Positions 51,761-64,000 of a stretch of 64,000 nt of DNA are shown here, piece after piece (within the stretch, counting starts at the first letter, position 1; each line of letters begins with the position of its first letter). This DNA is from Selaginella moellendorffii. Taxonomy: Eukaryota; Plantae; Lycopodiophyta. The DNA lies in contig NW_003314287.1 in the NCBI RefSeq assembly GCF_000143415.4, positions 952,203 through 1,016,202 of the forward strand, given 5' to 3'. The notes beneath the pieces are model-generated. The model saw only the letters and a program-made list of their open reading frames with translations, ran no database searches and was not told where the DNA came from. The position numbers and the translations under genes are program-made.

Positions 51761-52963
51761 TATCAACTGAGTTTGATTGTTGAATTACAATCACATAGCA
51801 TCAAGCAATTGTACTAACTACTGCTCCAGAGTTAAAGGATTGCTCTACCATGAAGATGAATTAAAAAGAAAGAGTAAAAGAAAAGAAATGAAAAAAACTA
51901 GAAGGAAAGGGAGATCTAGACAATGCAAAACCTAAATTTAAACTAAAATTCTGAAAAAATAAAAAATCAAAATAAAAGAAATGGAAAAAGCTAGATCTAG
52001 ACGATGTAAAAGTTAGATTTAAACCAAAATCCCAAATCCAAGCACTCCTTAGGGACAATTAAAGGTGCCTTTCACCTCCACCAATGTAAGTGTATAGAAT
52101 ATGGAAAAGGAATATAGAAAATGTACATATAAATTAGCCCAAAAACTTTAGTTTATATGGTCTAAATTAAAACTAATCCAACAGCTATTGAAATCCCTTT
52201 ATGTTAATATTAATATATAGCATCGTAGCCATACATTTGGACCTCACAATGTTATTATTTGATTAACTAAAATAAATATTTATTTCAAAAATAGTTTATT
52301 AAATTAAATATCACTATAAGTCTTTACAATCTTTGGATTGTCTTTCTCATACTCTATTGTTTTAGAAAATAAAAAATTGTAGAGTTTGTTTAGATGATAT
52401 TTTAACAATTTTGAACACCTTATACAAAATAAAAAGTTATGAAGAAGGCTTCTTGTGATTTATAGACAGTCAATACCATTGGTTGCATGAGGCTTGATTA
52501 GCCTGAAGGGCTCAAGCTGCATCAATCAGGAGGCGATTTTGTATCTCTTCTATAGCAAGAGAGATGGTAAGATCCAACTTATGAACCAAGGGTAGAGCTG
52601 ACAATTCAATGAAGCAACAACATCTTGGACACCTAATGGTATTGTCTTACATTTTGCTGTGAATCTAAACTTGACCTAACCATGGGGAATAGCTAAGTGC
52701 AAAACACCTATTAGCCAATAATATAAAACACCACTTCCATTCTAATTAACACTTGTTAAAGAAAATCGCAACCGTTAATACTTTTATCGAGATCGACGGT
52801 CTATGTGATTGATAATCTCCGCCATTGGTTAGGTTTTTGGTATCGACGGCATTTGCCTTTGCTAGGGTTTTGGAACGCGTCATACACAACACGGTGGATC
52901 AGGTGAGAGATCACAGGGCATGCTTCATCCGGCGTAGAGAGGAGGGGAGAGCTCACAGGAGCC

Positions 52964-55934
52964 ATGGCAGCCGCGAGCATCAATGTGATGCTGGCAATTC
53001 ACGCGAAGAAAACGACGCCAGTGGATCTCCACAAGCCGCTCCGGCTCTACATTTCGCAGCACTACTCGGAGCGCGAGGCCCGCGAGGCCGACGACGATCT
53101 CCAATCGGTCCAGGAAATGCGGTCAGAGATCGAGAAGGCCACGGACTCCCTCGATTCGCGACGCGATCTCTTGCAACGCTACTTCCGGGCTCTCTGCGTG
53201 ATGGAATCTAGGTTTCCAATCTCCAGCGAGCGGGAGCACGTCAATTCCCTCTCCTTCACCTGGTATGACGCCTTCAAGCAGGGAAGAAAGGCGAGCCAGC
53301 AAAACATCCACTTTGAGAAGGCGGCCATAGCTTTCAACCTTGGGGCCGTGTATAGCCAGATCGCTCTCTCGGCCGATCGATCCCTCCCAGAGGGCCTCAA
53401 GCAGGCTTGCAACTCCTTCCAAGCTGCGGCTGGAGCTTTCGCCTTCCTCCGCGACAACGTCTCCATGAAAGCTTCCGGAAACTCCACCACCACCGACATA
53501 TCGGTGGAGTGCGCGGGGATGCTGGAGAGGTTGATGCTGGCACAGGCACAAGAGTGTTTTTTCGAGAAGGTGGTGAGCGACAACCGACCGTCGGCTCTGT
53601 GCGCCAAGGTTGCCAGGCAAGTTGGCTTGTTCTACGACGAAGCTCACGCGGCGCTGGTGCTTCCTCCGCTCAACCAGCACTTTGATCGGAGCTGGGTGTC
53701 GCACGTCCAGCTCAAGGCGGCGCAGTTTCAAGCGGAGGCGTGCTACAGAGTTTCTCTCGAGCTCCACGAGAAGGAGAACATCGCCGAGGAGATTGCGAGG
53801 CTCAAGGCTGCCAGCAGCATGCTCACCGAGGCGAAGAAGTCTGGCAGGGGTGTGATCGGGCCGCTTCTGGATGCTGTGACGAAGCTGGATGGGAGTGTGT
53901 CGCGGAACTTGGAGAGAGCAGTGAAGGAGAACGACAGGGTTTATCTTATGAGAGTTCCGAATCCGGACTCGCTGCCTCCGCTTCCGTCCGCGGTTCTGGT
54001 AAAGTCGGCAGCGGTTGCCGAGCTTTTGGATGCCAGTAAGGAGAAGATGTTCTCCAACCTTGTGCCCGACAGCAGCGCAAAGGCATTGTCGAAGTACACC
54101 GAGATGCTGGACGAGATCATTCGTGTCCAGGCAGAGAAGTTGCAGCAGGAGAGCGAGATCACCAGGGTGAAGCTGAAGGAGATGAACTTACCGGATTCTT
54201 TACTGGCTTTAGAGGGCAATGCTAGCTTGCCGGAGCATCTGAGAGACGACGTAGAGGCTGTACAGATTGATGGCGGTCCAGCGGGACTGGAATCGGAGAT
54301 GGCACAGCTGCGGGATTTGCGACGAGTTAACGAAGAGCTGCTGGTTCAAACCGAGGAACTGCTGGAGAAGGAGTCTAGGGAGGATTCACAGATTCGTGCT
54401 CAGTTTGGAACGAGGTGGACGCGTCCTCAGTCGAGTACTCTGACGAAAAATTTGCACGACCGGGCAAATGGATTTGCGGCAAATTTAAAACAATCTGGCG
54501 AAAGTGATCGTCGTATTGAACGCGCAATCAAGGATAATACCGCGTTTCTTTCTATTCTGGACGCGAGACCAGTACGTACTTTGTTTGCATGTCTCGTGGT
54601 ACTAAATTGTTGTTGACAGATCGAATCGGCTTTGCCTTCTCTTGCAAGGCCAATTTTATCTCTGAATGGCAACGAGGACGCTGTCGTTGGTGCTCTGAGG
54701 CAGAAACTGGTAACATTTTTTACGTTTCTAGCTTGGACTCATTCTGATTTTCTATTGTACAGTCTGAGTTGGATAGGCTCGGTCTCCAACGTGCTAGTCT
54801 CGAAGATATGCTTAAAGATATGAAGAGACAGGTACTTACATTTAGTTTTCATGGAAAGCTTCTGATAATCGTATGTCCAGGACAACATCTTACCAAAACT
54901 CATGACTACCTCTGGCTCTTACGAAGATTTGTTCAAAAGGGAGCTTGCTAAGTATGAACCTGTGTCAATTGAAGTTGCTAGGAATGTACAGGCACAGGAG
55001 CAACTACTGCACGAAATAGAGGTCAGTTTCAAAGCTTTGTTTTTGGCTACAAATTCATGTTTTTTTACTTGACAGGCTCATAACAATGCATTCGCTGCAA
55101 CGTTCAACTTGCAAGACTATGTCGGTACGTAGCTATATTGAGTTTCTATCCTGTACCTTCGCTATTCGATGCAGTGGCGCGAGAGCGAGCATACAAGCAA
55201 CTCAGTGCGGCGATCGCAAAGTACCGAGAGATCAGAGAGAACATAAACGAAGGCCTCAAATTCTACGTGACGCTCCAGGTAAGAAGCTCAAGTCTGCAAG
55301 TAGAAACCAAAACGCTCTCGTTTTTTTTTTCCCACAGGACGCCATCACAAACCTGAAGCAGCAATGCAGCGACTACGTGATGACGCGCAACATCCAGTCC
55401 CGCGAGATGATGGAGGATCTCCAGCGCCAAATCACAGGTTTATCCTTCAACGATACTGGGCCGAGTCGCACGTACCCGCCAGTCACTCCCCATCAATCCC
55501 AAGCTCCCCAGTCCCAGTCCTCGCATCAAACTTATCAGCACCCACCACCATACAGTTCTTCCAGCCATTCTCCATCTCCTCCTCAGCACTCCCCTCCTCC
55601 TCAACACTCTCCACAGCAAAACTCTCCTTACTATCCTCCCAATATGCCGCCGCCTCCATACTACTCCCAGTCCCAGCATCAGCAAGCTCAAACTACTCAA
55701 GCTCCTCCATCGCAAGCTCCTCCACACCGCCAGCAGCAATCTCCTCCTCCTCCACAGCATGTTTACGGCCAGCCTGCTTATCCCGGATGGCAGGGAACTT
55801 ACTACAACAATGCCGCTCCTCCTCCTCCTCCTCCTCAACCTTCTTCCACTCCTCCTCCATCGAGCTCGCATAGTCATTTTGCTGGACCTTACGCTCCAGG
55901 CCCTGGTTATTATTCTTCTTACTACAAGCAATAG
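52964..55934 (+). CDS. BRO1: BRO1/ALIX ESCRT-associated protein
   Basis: Bro1 domain (FTWYDAF, FEKAAIAFNLGA, LMLAQAQEC, KENDRVY), V domain (FGTRWTRPQS, NINEGLKFY) and a Pro/Tyr-rich tail. Confidence 0.95.
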
Positions 55935-56782
55935 GAGGTACCATTACCTGTGTACAGAGGTTTGCATTTGTAGAGTTTTTTCTCTTTTTTCTTTTGTTCT
56001 TTCTCCCTGTTTGTGTGATTTATTTTTTACGTAGCAATGCATCTAAGAGCTTGTGAGACGCTTGTTTCAACTTGGTTTTTGGGTGTAGGCACTTGGTGGA
56101 AATCGTTCTGGAGCAAATAAGTGCGTTGATCGTGTGAAAAAAGGACGATTTTTTGTGGATGGATGGATCATGGATGGATCCATTAAGCTTGGAATTGATA
56201 TGCCATTATTTCAAGACAACGCAATGTTTGGGTGGTGATTATTTCAAGACAAGGATGTCGTCTTGTTTCACGTCACTGCTCAAGTGTTTGAAAATGTAGT
56301 AAAAAATAAAAAGCGTCTGGTAGCCGAAAAGATTCTATCTTGCGTTTGCTAAAAATTAACACACAGCGAGTTTAAAACAAACGCGATTTGGCCTGGACGG
56401 CCGCGATGCCATCATCTGGACACGTGGACAGCCATGTCGCCGCTGGAAATACAGGGAGCACGGCGCTGAGGAAGGGTCCACACGGCCGTGGGTTCTCTCT
56501 TCTTCCTTTTCCTTACTTCCCTCCCCTCTTTCGGTCGCTCTCCGTCTCGCCGTGTGGATTCACCCATTCATTGCTCCTTCCAGTCGCCGCCATCGCTGAT
56601 CGTTGACATCGTAGATCCGGCAAAGGACTCGCTCGATCGAATGATATTCCTGCGATTACCGGGAGCTCCAGGGATCCCCGCGGCATAGATCTGCATTGCA
56701 GCGACTGGCTGGATCGATCTAGGCCAGGACGCGAGCTCCATTCCAGGGCGATCCATAATCTGACCAGGCAAGGGTTTTAGGA

Positions 56783-58530
56783 ATGAAAGGGAGGGCGAGC
56801 TCCTCCTTCAGCGTTTCCGGGAAATGGATGCTCGTCCTGTGCGTCGGGAGCTTCTGCGTGGGGATGCTCTTCACAAACAGGTAAGTCTGCCGCCTCTCAA
56901 AATCCAGAGCTTAGAAATGGATGTTTTCGTGGCTCTAGAATGTGGAATTCTCCCGAGGATCTCGATGTGACCAGGCCGCAAACGTCACAGCACCTCCAGA
57001 TTGTCTCGGAAGATCACTGCGATCCAAAGCCTGTAAGTCTCTTCTTTCTCCATCCATCTCTTCACTGTAGCTAAAAGTTATATTTCCAGAAGCCTGTGAA
57101 CAGCGAAGCATCTCCAAGGGAGATTTTAAATCAAGTATCAAAAACTCATGACGCTGTCTGGTAAAGTTCTTCTTCAACTATAATTCTAGGCCTAATGGTC
57201 TCTTTTCTTTCTATTTGTAAACTACAGGAACTTGGATAAAACTATGTCAGCTTTAGAAATGGAGCTAGCTGCTGCTCGAGCTATAACTCAGCAATCCACG
57301 AGCTCTCCCGGCCTTGGAGCCCCGACGGGAGATTCAACTTCTGAGAATCATCAGAGACAAAAGGCCTTCGTGGTGATCGGCATAAACACGGCTTTCAGCA
57401 GCCGGAAGCGTCGTGACTCTGTTCGAGAAACATGGATGCCACAGGGTGAGTCCCGCACTTTTTTTCTTCTTTTGAGTTTTTTATTTGCTCATCTATCACT
57501 TGTTTCACTTTTCAGGCGAGGCTCTCAAGAGGCTAGAAGAAAAGGGAATTATTGTAAGATTTGTGATAGGTCATAGTGCTACTCCAGGCGGGATATTAGA
57601 TCAGGCAATCGACTCCGAAGAAGCTCAGCATGGAGATTTTCTAAGACTGGTAAGTTCCTTTTTTTAATCTAAACATGGAGTCACAACTTATTGTGCAGGA
57701 TCACGTCGAAGGCTATCTCGAGCTTTCTGCGAAGACTAAAATTTATTTCTCGACTGCTGTCGCTAAATGGGACGCTGAGTATTACGTCAAAGTAGACGAT
57801 GACGTACATGTGAACATAGGTACTGTGATCTTCAGTATTTGATCGTTCGTTGCTTATGTTCTATGCTTTCCAGGTATGCTTGTGACAACTTTGGCTCGCC
57901 TAAAATCCAAGCCACGAGTTTATGTCGGGTGCATGAAATCAGGACCGGTTTTGGCGCAGAAGTAAGCCATAAAGTTTTCCTTTTTGTGTGCTCAGACACT
58001 AATAACGCTTGTGCGTTTCACAGGGGAGTGAAGTATCACGAGCCAGAATATTGGAAGTTTGGAGAAGATGGCAATAGGTACTTTCGTCACGCAACTGGTC
58101 AGCTATATGCGATTTCCAAGGATCTGGCGACATATATCTCCATCAACCAGTATGTTTGGATGCAAGCTTTGGATTCAATCTTCTATTTGTTTCCTGATTT
58201 TCTCTTCTTTCGCAGGCATATTTTGCATCAGTATGCAAACGAGGACGTATCTCTAGGAGCTTGGTTCATTGGACTGGACGTGAATCACATCGACGAGCGT
58301 AGCTTTTGCTGTGGAACACCTCCTGGTAAGAGAGAAGAAGCTTTTTCTTGTGCCGAGAGATTAAGACCTTTGGTTTTTTAGATTGCGAGTGGCAAGCCGA
58401 GGCAGGCAACGTGTGTGTAGCCTCGTTCGATTGGCCTTGCAGCGGCATTTGCAAATCCGTGGAGAGAATGAAGACAGTTCACAAGCGATGCGGGGAGGGC
58501 AATGGTGCGATCTGGAGCGCAAAGTTTTGA
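56783..58530 (+). CDS. GT31 beta-1,3/1,6-galactosyltransferase (B3GALT-like)
   Basis: N-terminal [64 protein letters not shown] and CCGTPPDCEW. Confidence 0.95.
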
Positions 58531-58753
58531 TTGCGTTTTACATCCGGGGTTTTGCAAAGTTTTGTCGCAGGAAGATAGAATTGATAGGGAGGAAGCAGCT
58601 AACACAAACCAATTCTTTTGTGCGTTTTTGTTGTAATATAATTCTGTTGTATTCATTTACAAGCCCGGTAAAAAGTTAAACGTGTACTGCCGGAAGATCT
58701 TACGTAGGTTTAACGCTTATTGTTTGATGTCAATTGACACTCTCAGCAGCTCG

Positions 58754-58827
58754 AGTTCTGTAGCTCAATTGGTCAGAGCGTTGGTCTTATGAGCCGAAGG
58801 TCGCGGGTTCGACCCCCGCCAGAACTA
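58754..58827 (+). tRNA. tRNA-Ile (anticodon UAU)
   Basis: Acceptor stem AGTTCTG/CAGAACT plus A, D arm GCTC..GAGC, anticodon arm TTGGT-CTTATGA-GCCGA, T arm GCGGG-TTCGACC-CCCGC. 74 nt, no intron. Confidence 0.95.
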
Positions 58828-58891
58828 TCTCTTTGCACTGCTCTATTAGGGAAATTCTTCTTTTATTTTTTTTCTATAGGGGTTTAGGGCA

Positions 58892-59320
58892 ATGACGCAG
58901 AAGGGCGAGCTCTTCAAGGGGCAGAAGAAGAAGACCGCGGCGGCAAATCGCCATGGCAAGGCTCCTCACGTCCGCAAAGGTGAGTCCCATCGATCGATCG
59001 CTGCATTTCCGGATACTGAATTGGAAATTTCTCTTAGGCAAGATGTTTAAGGAGCCAAAGAAAAAGAGCGCGGAGCTAGAGATAAACAAGGTACAAATCA
59101 CGCGTTTTTTGCTTCCCTGGGTTCTTGCTCACGATTTTTGTTGTCTCGAATTTTCTTTTGTTTCCAGGAGCTCGCGAAGTTCATTGACCAGGCGAATGAA
59201 GCAAAGGCAGCTGCTATGGCAACAAATGAAGGCTCACGACTGAGAGTTGTCAAATCCAGCGATGACACTTCGCCCGCAAAGCCGATCAAAGTCCACAAGA
59301 ACAAGAAGAAGAACAGCTAG
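58892..59320 (+). CDS. Small basic protein, L10K/C19orf53 (UPF0390)-like, 3 exons
   Basis: MTQKGELFKGQKKKTAAANRHGKAPHVRKG|KMFKEPKK...INK|ELAKFIDQANEAKAAAMATNEGSRLRVVK...*. Confidence 0.82.
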
Positions 59321-59919
59321 TCGCGGGCTGTCTCAACGGAGGAGATCATGCGGTGAGCAAGAGATTTTTTCTTGTTTCCTTAGTTTTGCACGAGGGACGG
59401 CTGGTAGTTAATTATTTTTCATTTACCATGCAAGGCAGGATTTTTTTTCACCTTTTTTTTTTCCTAAGCAAGACTTTGTCATGAAGTTCTCATGTGCTCC
59501 TTAGGTACCTACAGTACTTCGACCGTGTTGCGATTTTCTTGGGTCAAGGCTCTCAAAAAGAATTCCCTTGCGATAGGTGTGGTGGTTCGTGGGCCGATAG
59601 AACAGCACAGGTTGGCACAGATTTATCGTACCAACAGTAGCAGGCTGCGAGGTGGTCCGGGAAAAAAAAGGAACAAAATTCCTGGTATTCCGACGGGATG
59701 GAAGGCACAGGGACGATCATGGCCTGAGCAGCAGAGTATCGTCTACATTTACCAAAAAGTCATAGCGCTCGCACAGATCGATAGATTCAAAGTTCCTAGT
59801 GATGAGGCCGTCGCAGGAAAAAAAAACAAAAGACGTAACAGAGAGGGAAACAAGACAAGGAAGAAGTTGATCCGTTTCAACTAGTTTGGTCGTCGAGTTT
59901 GGTGCTGTGATGACACCAT

Positions 59920-61044
59920 TCACGAGTAAGCAACAGTCTGGTGGTGGTGCTGCTGCTGGTGGTGATGGTACTGCTGTTGCTGCTGCTGGTGATTCCGGTG
60001 GCGATGGTGGTGGTGAGAGGACCAAAGAGATGGCAGCGGGAAAAAGAGACTGAGCAGTGCTCGCTTGTAAGGGAGATAGGACGAGCCGTGCTTCCTGCTG
60101 TGCTCTTCCTTGATACGCTGCTGGTAGCGGTCCATGACCGTCACCATTGAGTCGGACGTCGCCACCACGGAAGAGGACGCCGCGAACGAGACGGATGATT
60201 TCCTTCCGCTGCTGCTAGAACGCTGCTGGTTGACCCTGGGAGCACCACTGCTGCTACCGCCGGTTTGATCCACTCGGACTACGTAAGAGGCAGCTCCCAC
60301 GCTCTTGGACTTCGTGAGGTTTACTTCGTAATTGCTGCTGCTGGAGGTCCGGAGAGCTGAGCTCTTGCTGCGAGGGATGGAGCTTTTGAGCGGTGATGGC
60401 TCGTTGCATGATCTTCGCCGGGAGCTACTGTTTGACGAAGAGGAGGGGATGAGATGATCGAGCGTCGGCTTCTTTCCTCCGCAAACTGCCAGGATGAGCA
60501 GCGATTCTTTGCCGTGGAGGTGCCGCTGCTGCTGCTGCTGCTGGGATTTGGACTTTTCGAGCAGCCGCTGCCTGGATTTCCTCAAGAGACTGAGCGATTC
60601 TTCACGACTCTGCCGGGAGGCATCGAAATTCATGAGCTCTGCCAGAGTTTGCTTCTTCTTCTTCGGCTTGTTTGACGTGGTGGCGGCGCTCCTCAGGCGG
60701 TGATTGCTGCTGCTGCTCTCGGCCTCCTCGGACGAGAAGAGATCGTCGCTAGAGCTATCCGGCTGGAAATCGTGGTCGCCATCGTCCTCTACCTCTTGGA
60801 TCTCTTGCGGGCGAACGAGATACGACGTTGGTGACAGCGGCTCCTCGACCGGGCTGCAAAATCCATCGCCAAAGTCAATGTTCTCCCCCGCCATGATCGA
60901 TCGATCTTCGTGGAACGACAAAGGAGACTTCGTGAAGAACGGAGGAAGAAGTAAATTAGTGTCGGTCTTGGAGAGAAGTTCCTCGTGGCGATTAAACTGG
61001 AAAGAATTTGGAGAGAGGGGAGAGGAAGAAGATGAAGAACTCAT
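59920..61044 (-). CDS. Intronless Ser-rich protein of unknown function (possibly DUF1645-related)
   Basis: 374-aa ORF with an ATG start. SSDDLF and the C-terminal SYLPYKRALL resemble the SADELF and LPYR motifs of plant DUF1645 proteins (recall only). Confidence 0.7.
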   Translation of the reverse strand: MSSSSSSSPLSPNSFQFNRHEELLSKTDTNLLLPPFFTKSPLSFHEDRSIMAGENIDFGDGFCSPVEEPLSPTSYLVRPQEIQEVEDDGDHDFQPDSSSDDLFSSEEAESSSSNHRLRSAATTSNKPKKKKQTLAELMNFDASRQSREESLSLLRKSRQRLLEKSKSQQQQQQRHLHGKESLLILAVCGGKKPTLDHLIPSSSSNSSSRRRSCNEPSPLKSSIPRSKSSALRTSSSSNYEVNLTKSKSVGAASYVVRVDQTGGSSSGAPRVNQQRSSSSGRKSSVSFAASSSVVATSDSMVTVMDRYQQRIKEEHSRKHGSSYLPYKRALLSLFFPLPSLWSSHHHHRHRNHQQQQQQYHHHQQQHHHQTVAYS

Positions 61045-61709
61045 GGTTGTAAGACTTCTTCGACATGGACGAAGAATCCTGGACTTTAAGTAGAAAACCT
61101 TGTCTTTGCCGTGTGGGATTGAGAGATTGATCGAACGACTGGCGCTTGTAAGCTATCTATCAGACCGTCAATCCGTGTCAATCAAGTCCCCTCGAAGAAG
61201 AAATAGCGTAATTGTCTTTGTAGGCCAGGAAGAACACCCCCACTCACACAATTAAGGCTTTGAAAGTGCTATGCGCACACGCCGCCATAGCTGCTCGTAC
61301 AAACCATCGCTGCACGGAACCGATCAATGCATTGGGAGTCGCTCAAATTCGATGGTGGCACCGAATTTACAAATCTTATCTCTCTCCACTCACGGCTAAT
61401 CCCTCTTGCTCGCTTCTGGATCGATTGAAATGTGGTACCTTCCTCTGCCTTTTGGGGTCTCTCTCTCGTTTTCCTTGACGCTGTCAAACACACACAGGCT
61501 TTGTTCGCTCGCCTCTCTCTCTGGGTAGGCACAAAGATTGCGTCACCGAGGTCGATGAACAAGGCGAGATCTAGCCGTCCACGTGAATGGCGCCTGGACC
61601 GTTCGATTCGAGACCGTTGAAGCGACCACACTGAGCAGCGTTTATAGCTGGTAATTATTTTTACCGCGCACTATGGGATAAACCCTAAAATATTTTCCCT
61701 AGGTCGGGG

Positions 61710-62447
61710 ATGGAGGACGATTTCGAAGCGGTCGAATGCGCGGTGCGCCGCGTGCTCAATCAGGAGCTGGACGGCGGCGGCGAGAATGCGGGTGGAAAGA
61801 TCGAGCTGCTCCACAGGCTGATCGAAGAGGTACTCGATTGAATGACTAGAGAGGATTTTTGGAAATTTTCATAGGTGCATGCTGCGCGAGCTCGATCGAG
61901 GAAGGAGTCGAAAACCTCCTCCGATGCTTCAGAGAATGCAGCGGTGAAGGCGGCTGTGGCGGCTGCAAATGCCGCACAGGCGGCGGCGGATTCAGTGGCC
62001 AAGAACTCGCGGATGATCGAACTTCTCTTGGATACTGTGAGAGTTTCTCGTCGTGATCATCGTCGGGGAGCTGCTGCTGTGGATAGTACCGACGACGACG
62101 ACGAGTCTTTGCCTGAGAGAGGAGATGAAAACGAGAAGGAAGAGAAGAAGCTTTCGCGCATCGTGAGAAACTTACAGCGGCAGAACGTCATCACGCATTT
62201 TATCCTGGGCTTCATGGTGATCACTACGGCCATCTGGAGGGTTAAAGAGATCACTTGGATACTCCGGGTACGAAAGATGCTGGCCAATCCACTAGAGACA
62301 GTGGGCGGGATCTTTGGAGGCGATCATCACCAGGAGCATCATCGCAAACACAAGGAAGAGATCGAGAAGCCGCTGCAGTTGCCGCACTTGGAGCTGCCGA
62401 CACTGTTTCATAAGTCCGAAACGACAGAAGATTCTATTTCTTCGTAG
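61710..62447 (+). CDS. Uncharacterised plant membrane protein, 2 exons
   Basis: Exon 1 is 61710-61829, then a 45-nt GT-AG intron, then exon 2 at 61875-62447. RQNVITHFIL...TAIWRVKE...NPLETVGG matches a conserved plant pattern. Telo-box at 61680. Confidence 0.82.
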
Positions 62448-63298
62448 CGGAGTTTCTAAAGGTTTGCTTCTTCCGTTTTTCTATCTATTATCTTCGACAG
62501 AAGTTTTCCTTCCTGTTTGCCATCTCGCAGGACTATATTTTCAAGTTCCAGCGAAACAAAACAAATCATGATAGCAATTACATATAAGGTGCCGTGACCG
62601 CGTTTCATTTTTCAGCGATAACGAAGTTTTTTTCTCTCCGTTTCAGGTGATTAAAGTCTATCCTCTTAAGTACCCGGAGAAGAATAAAAATTTCTCCTTC
62701 GCTCAGCAAACCAGATGATTCAAGTTCCTCCAGAGATCGACGAAGCACATCGAGTTCGTGTACATTTTTTGATAAAGTCGTTCTGTGAGTGCTGACATGG
62801 GCACGATCACTGCCCCGTGGCGGTGACGTGGCGTCGTCCTTGCTTGCGTCGCTGTCAGTGACCAAAGGACCGAGAGGGGAGGAGAAAAGAAAAGAGAGAG
62901 CAGCACTGTTGAGTGAGCGAAGGCTAACTCCTGTCTTTGAGAGAGTGAGTGGAGAGTGCTTTCCTTGCTCCGTGTAAGTGTGGTGTTTAGTGTGGAGCTC
63001 CCAAGTGTGCGTGTGTGTGTGGGTGTCGTGTGTGTGCTTGGCTTGGCTTGGCTACTACTGCTTTGTTTTTGTGGCTTTCTTCTTTTGGGTGTTAGTGGAC
63101 AAGTCAAGAGGGTCAGTCCTGACCAATTCCTGCGGAGAAATTTGCCGGTCGAGCCTTGGAGCTGGGTAAGCACTAGTTCTTAGCTAGGAGGCACTTGGGC
63201 AGGGGGTTAGAAGCAAACAAAGGTACAGATAGGGAGCAGGGAAGCCGGAGGCTGACTAGAAAGCACTAATGGAGATGTTGGGGTAGGAGGCTCTGGAG

Positions 63299-64000
63299 AT
63301 GGAGAGCGACGAATTGGCGAGAAAAGGGGCGGCCCAAGACAAGGGACAAGAATGCAAGGAGGATTCGGCAAGGTTGGTTTACGTTTTTCTACAGTTGTGC
63401 TGCTGCGGGTTTGATGCTCTTTTTTGGTTCTTTGCAGGCCAGTTTTTGGTGAGGCATCAAAGGTGGAAAGCGCGGAGCGTAGAGAAAATGAGTACTTTGT
63501 CGAGCAAGATGCGGTTTTGCCGATAGCACAGCCGACGAGTGAGCCGGGTTTGACATGCTCGGGCCTAGACGCAGGTATGGAGATCGAGGATTTCATAAAC
63601 GAGACTGTGGAGGAAGGCAAGTCGGACAAAGTATCGGAGCAGCAGCTTGTCAAATCCACTACAATCATAGAAAAAAGTTTGACAACAACACAGCCATCGA
63701 CAGCAACAACTCCAGGCAGAGAGAATGTTGCCGAGAAAGTAGCGGAAGTTGTCATCATAGACCAAGATCAAGAAGTGGAAAAGTCGGAGGGGGGGAAACC
63801 TCAGGAAGGGCCGACTAAACTGGAGCAGTCTCAAACAAAAGTTGTGGAGGTGGCCGTAACTTTAACTGCTGGAGAGAACGAGGAAACAATCGATGGGGCT
63901 GCTCTCAAGAGTATGCAACTCGAAGCTGGAGATGGGAGTGACAAAGGTACTGCTACGCCGAACTCGACGAGTGGTCAGGAGAAGGAAACTGTCGAGGACG
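63299..64000 (+). CDS. 5' part of an acidic, low-complexity protein (continues beyond the window)
   Basis: ATG at 63299, GT-AG intron 63373-63437, then an open Glu-rich frame to the window end. Confidence 0.65.

Noticed and set aside
56445-56465. atacagggagc resembles a miR160 target site
   Set aside because: About six mismatches, including the seed-pairing region, and it lies in a promoter.
62605-63173. Minus-strand ORFs between the last two genes
   Set aside because: Non-ATG starts, low complexity, and they overlap the likely leader of the 63299 gene.

Overview
Gene-dense eukaryotic (land plant) DNA with very short introns (mostly 40-100 nt), tiny intergenic gaps, telo-boxes near most gene starts and an intronless PLS-type PPR gene. 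This style suggests a lycophyte, most likely Selaginella (inference, not a database result). About 23 protein-coding loci are recognisable, in order: AMP deaminase (5' truncated by the window), symplekin/ESP4, clade G-like PP2C, squalene epoxidase, DEAD-box RH5/DBP3, a 101-aa two-exon gene missing from the ORF track, START-domain protein, clade A PP2C, a ~235-aa coiled-coil protein, At4g15545/NAIP-like, PLS PPR, non-canonical Aux/IAA (IAA33-like), MINU/CHR12-23 SNF2 ATPase, ERECTA-family LRR-RLK, a frameshifted macrodomain gene, a HARBI1/ALP1-like domesticated transposase, INTS3, BRO1/ALIX, a GT31 galactosyltransferase, L10K/C19orf53-like, a Ser-rich protein, a small membrane protein and the start of an acidic protein. 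Also present are one tRNA-Ile(UAU), a decayed Ty3/gypsy relic and a decayed partial duplicate of AMPD. Most notable observations: (1) the last coding exon of the IAA33-like gene lies antisense inside the PPR coding frame; (2) the coiled-coil gene resembles synaptonemal central-element SCEP2 and animal CCDC172; (3) four AAGGAC-N4-GTCCTT-type palindromes and a GTAC cluster lie upstream of ERECTA; (4) a tRNA sits 64 nt upstream of an mRNA start codon. Exon structures were reconstructed by eye and family assignments come from remembered motifs, so all need confirmation by search.
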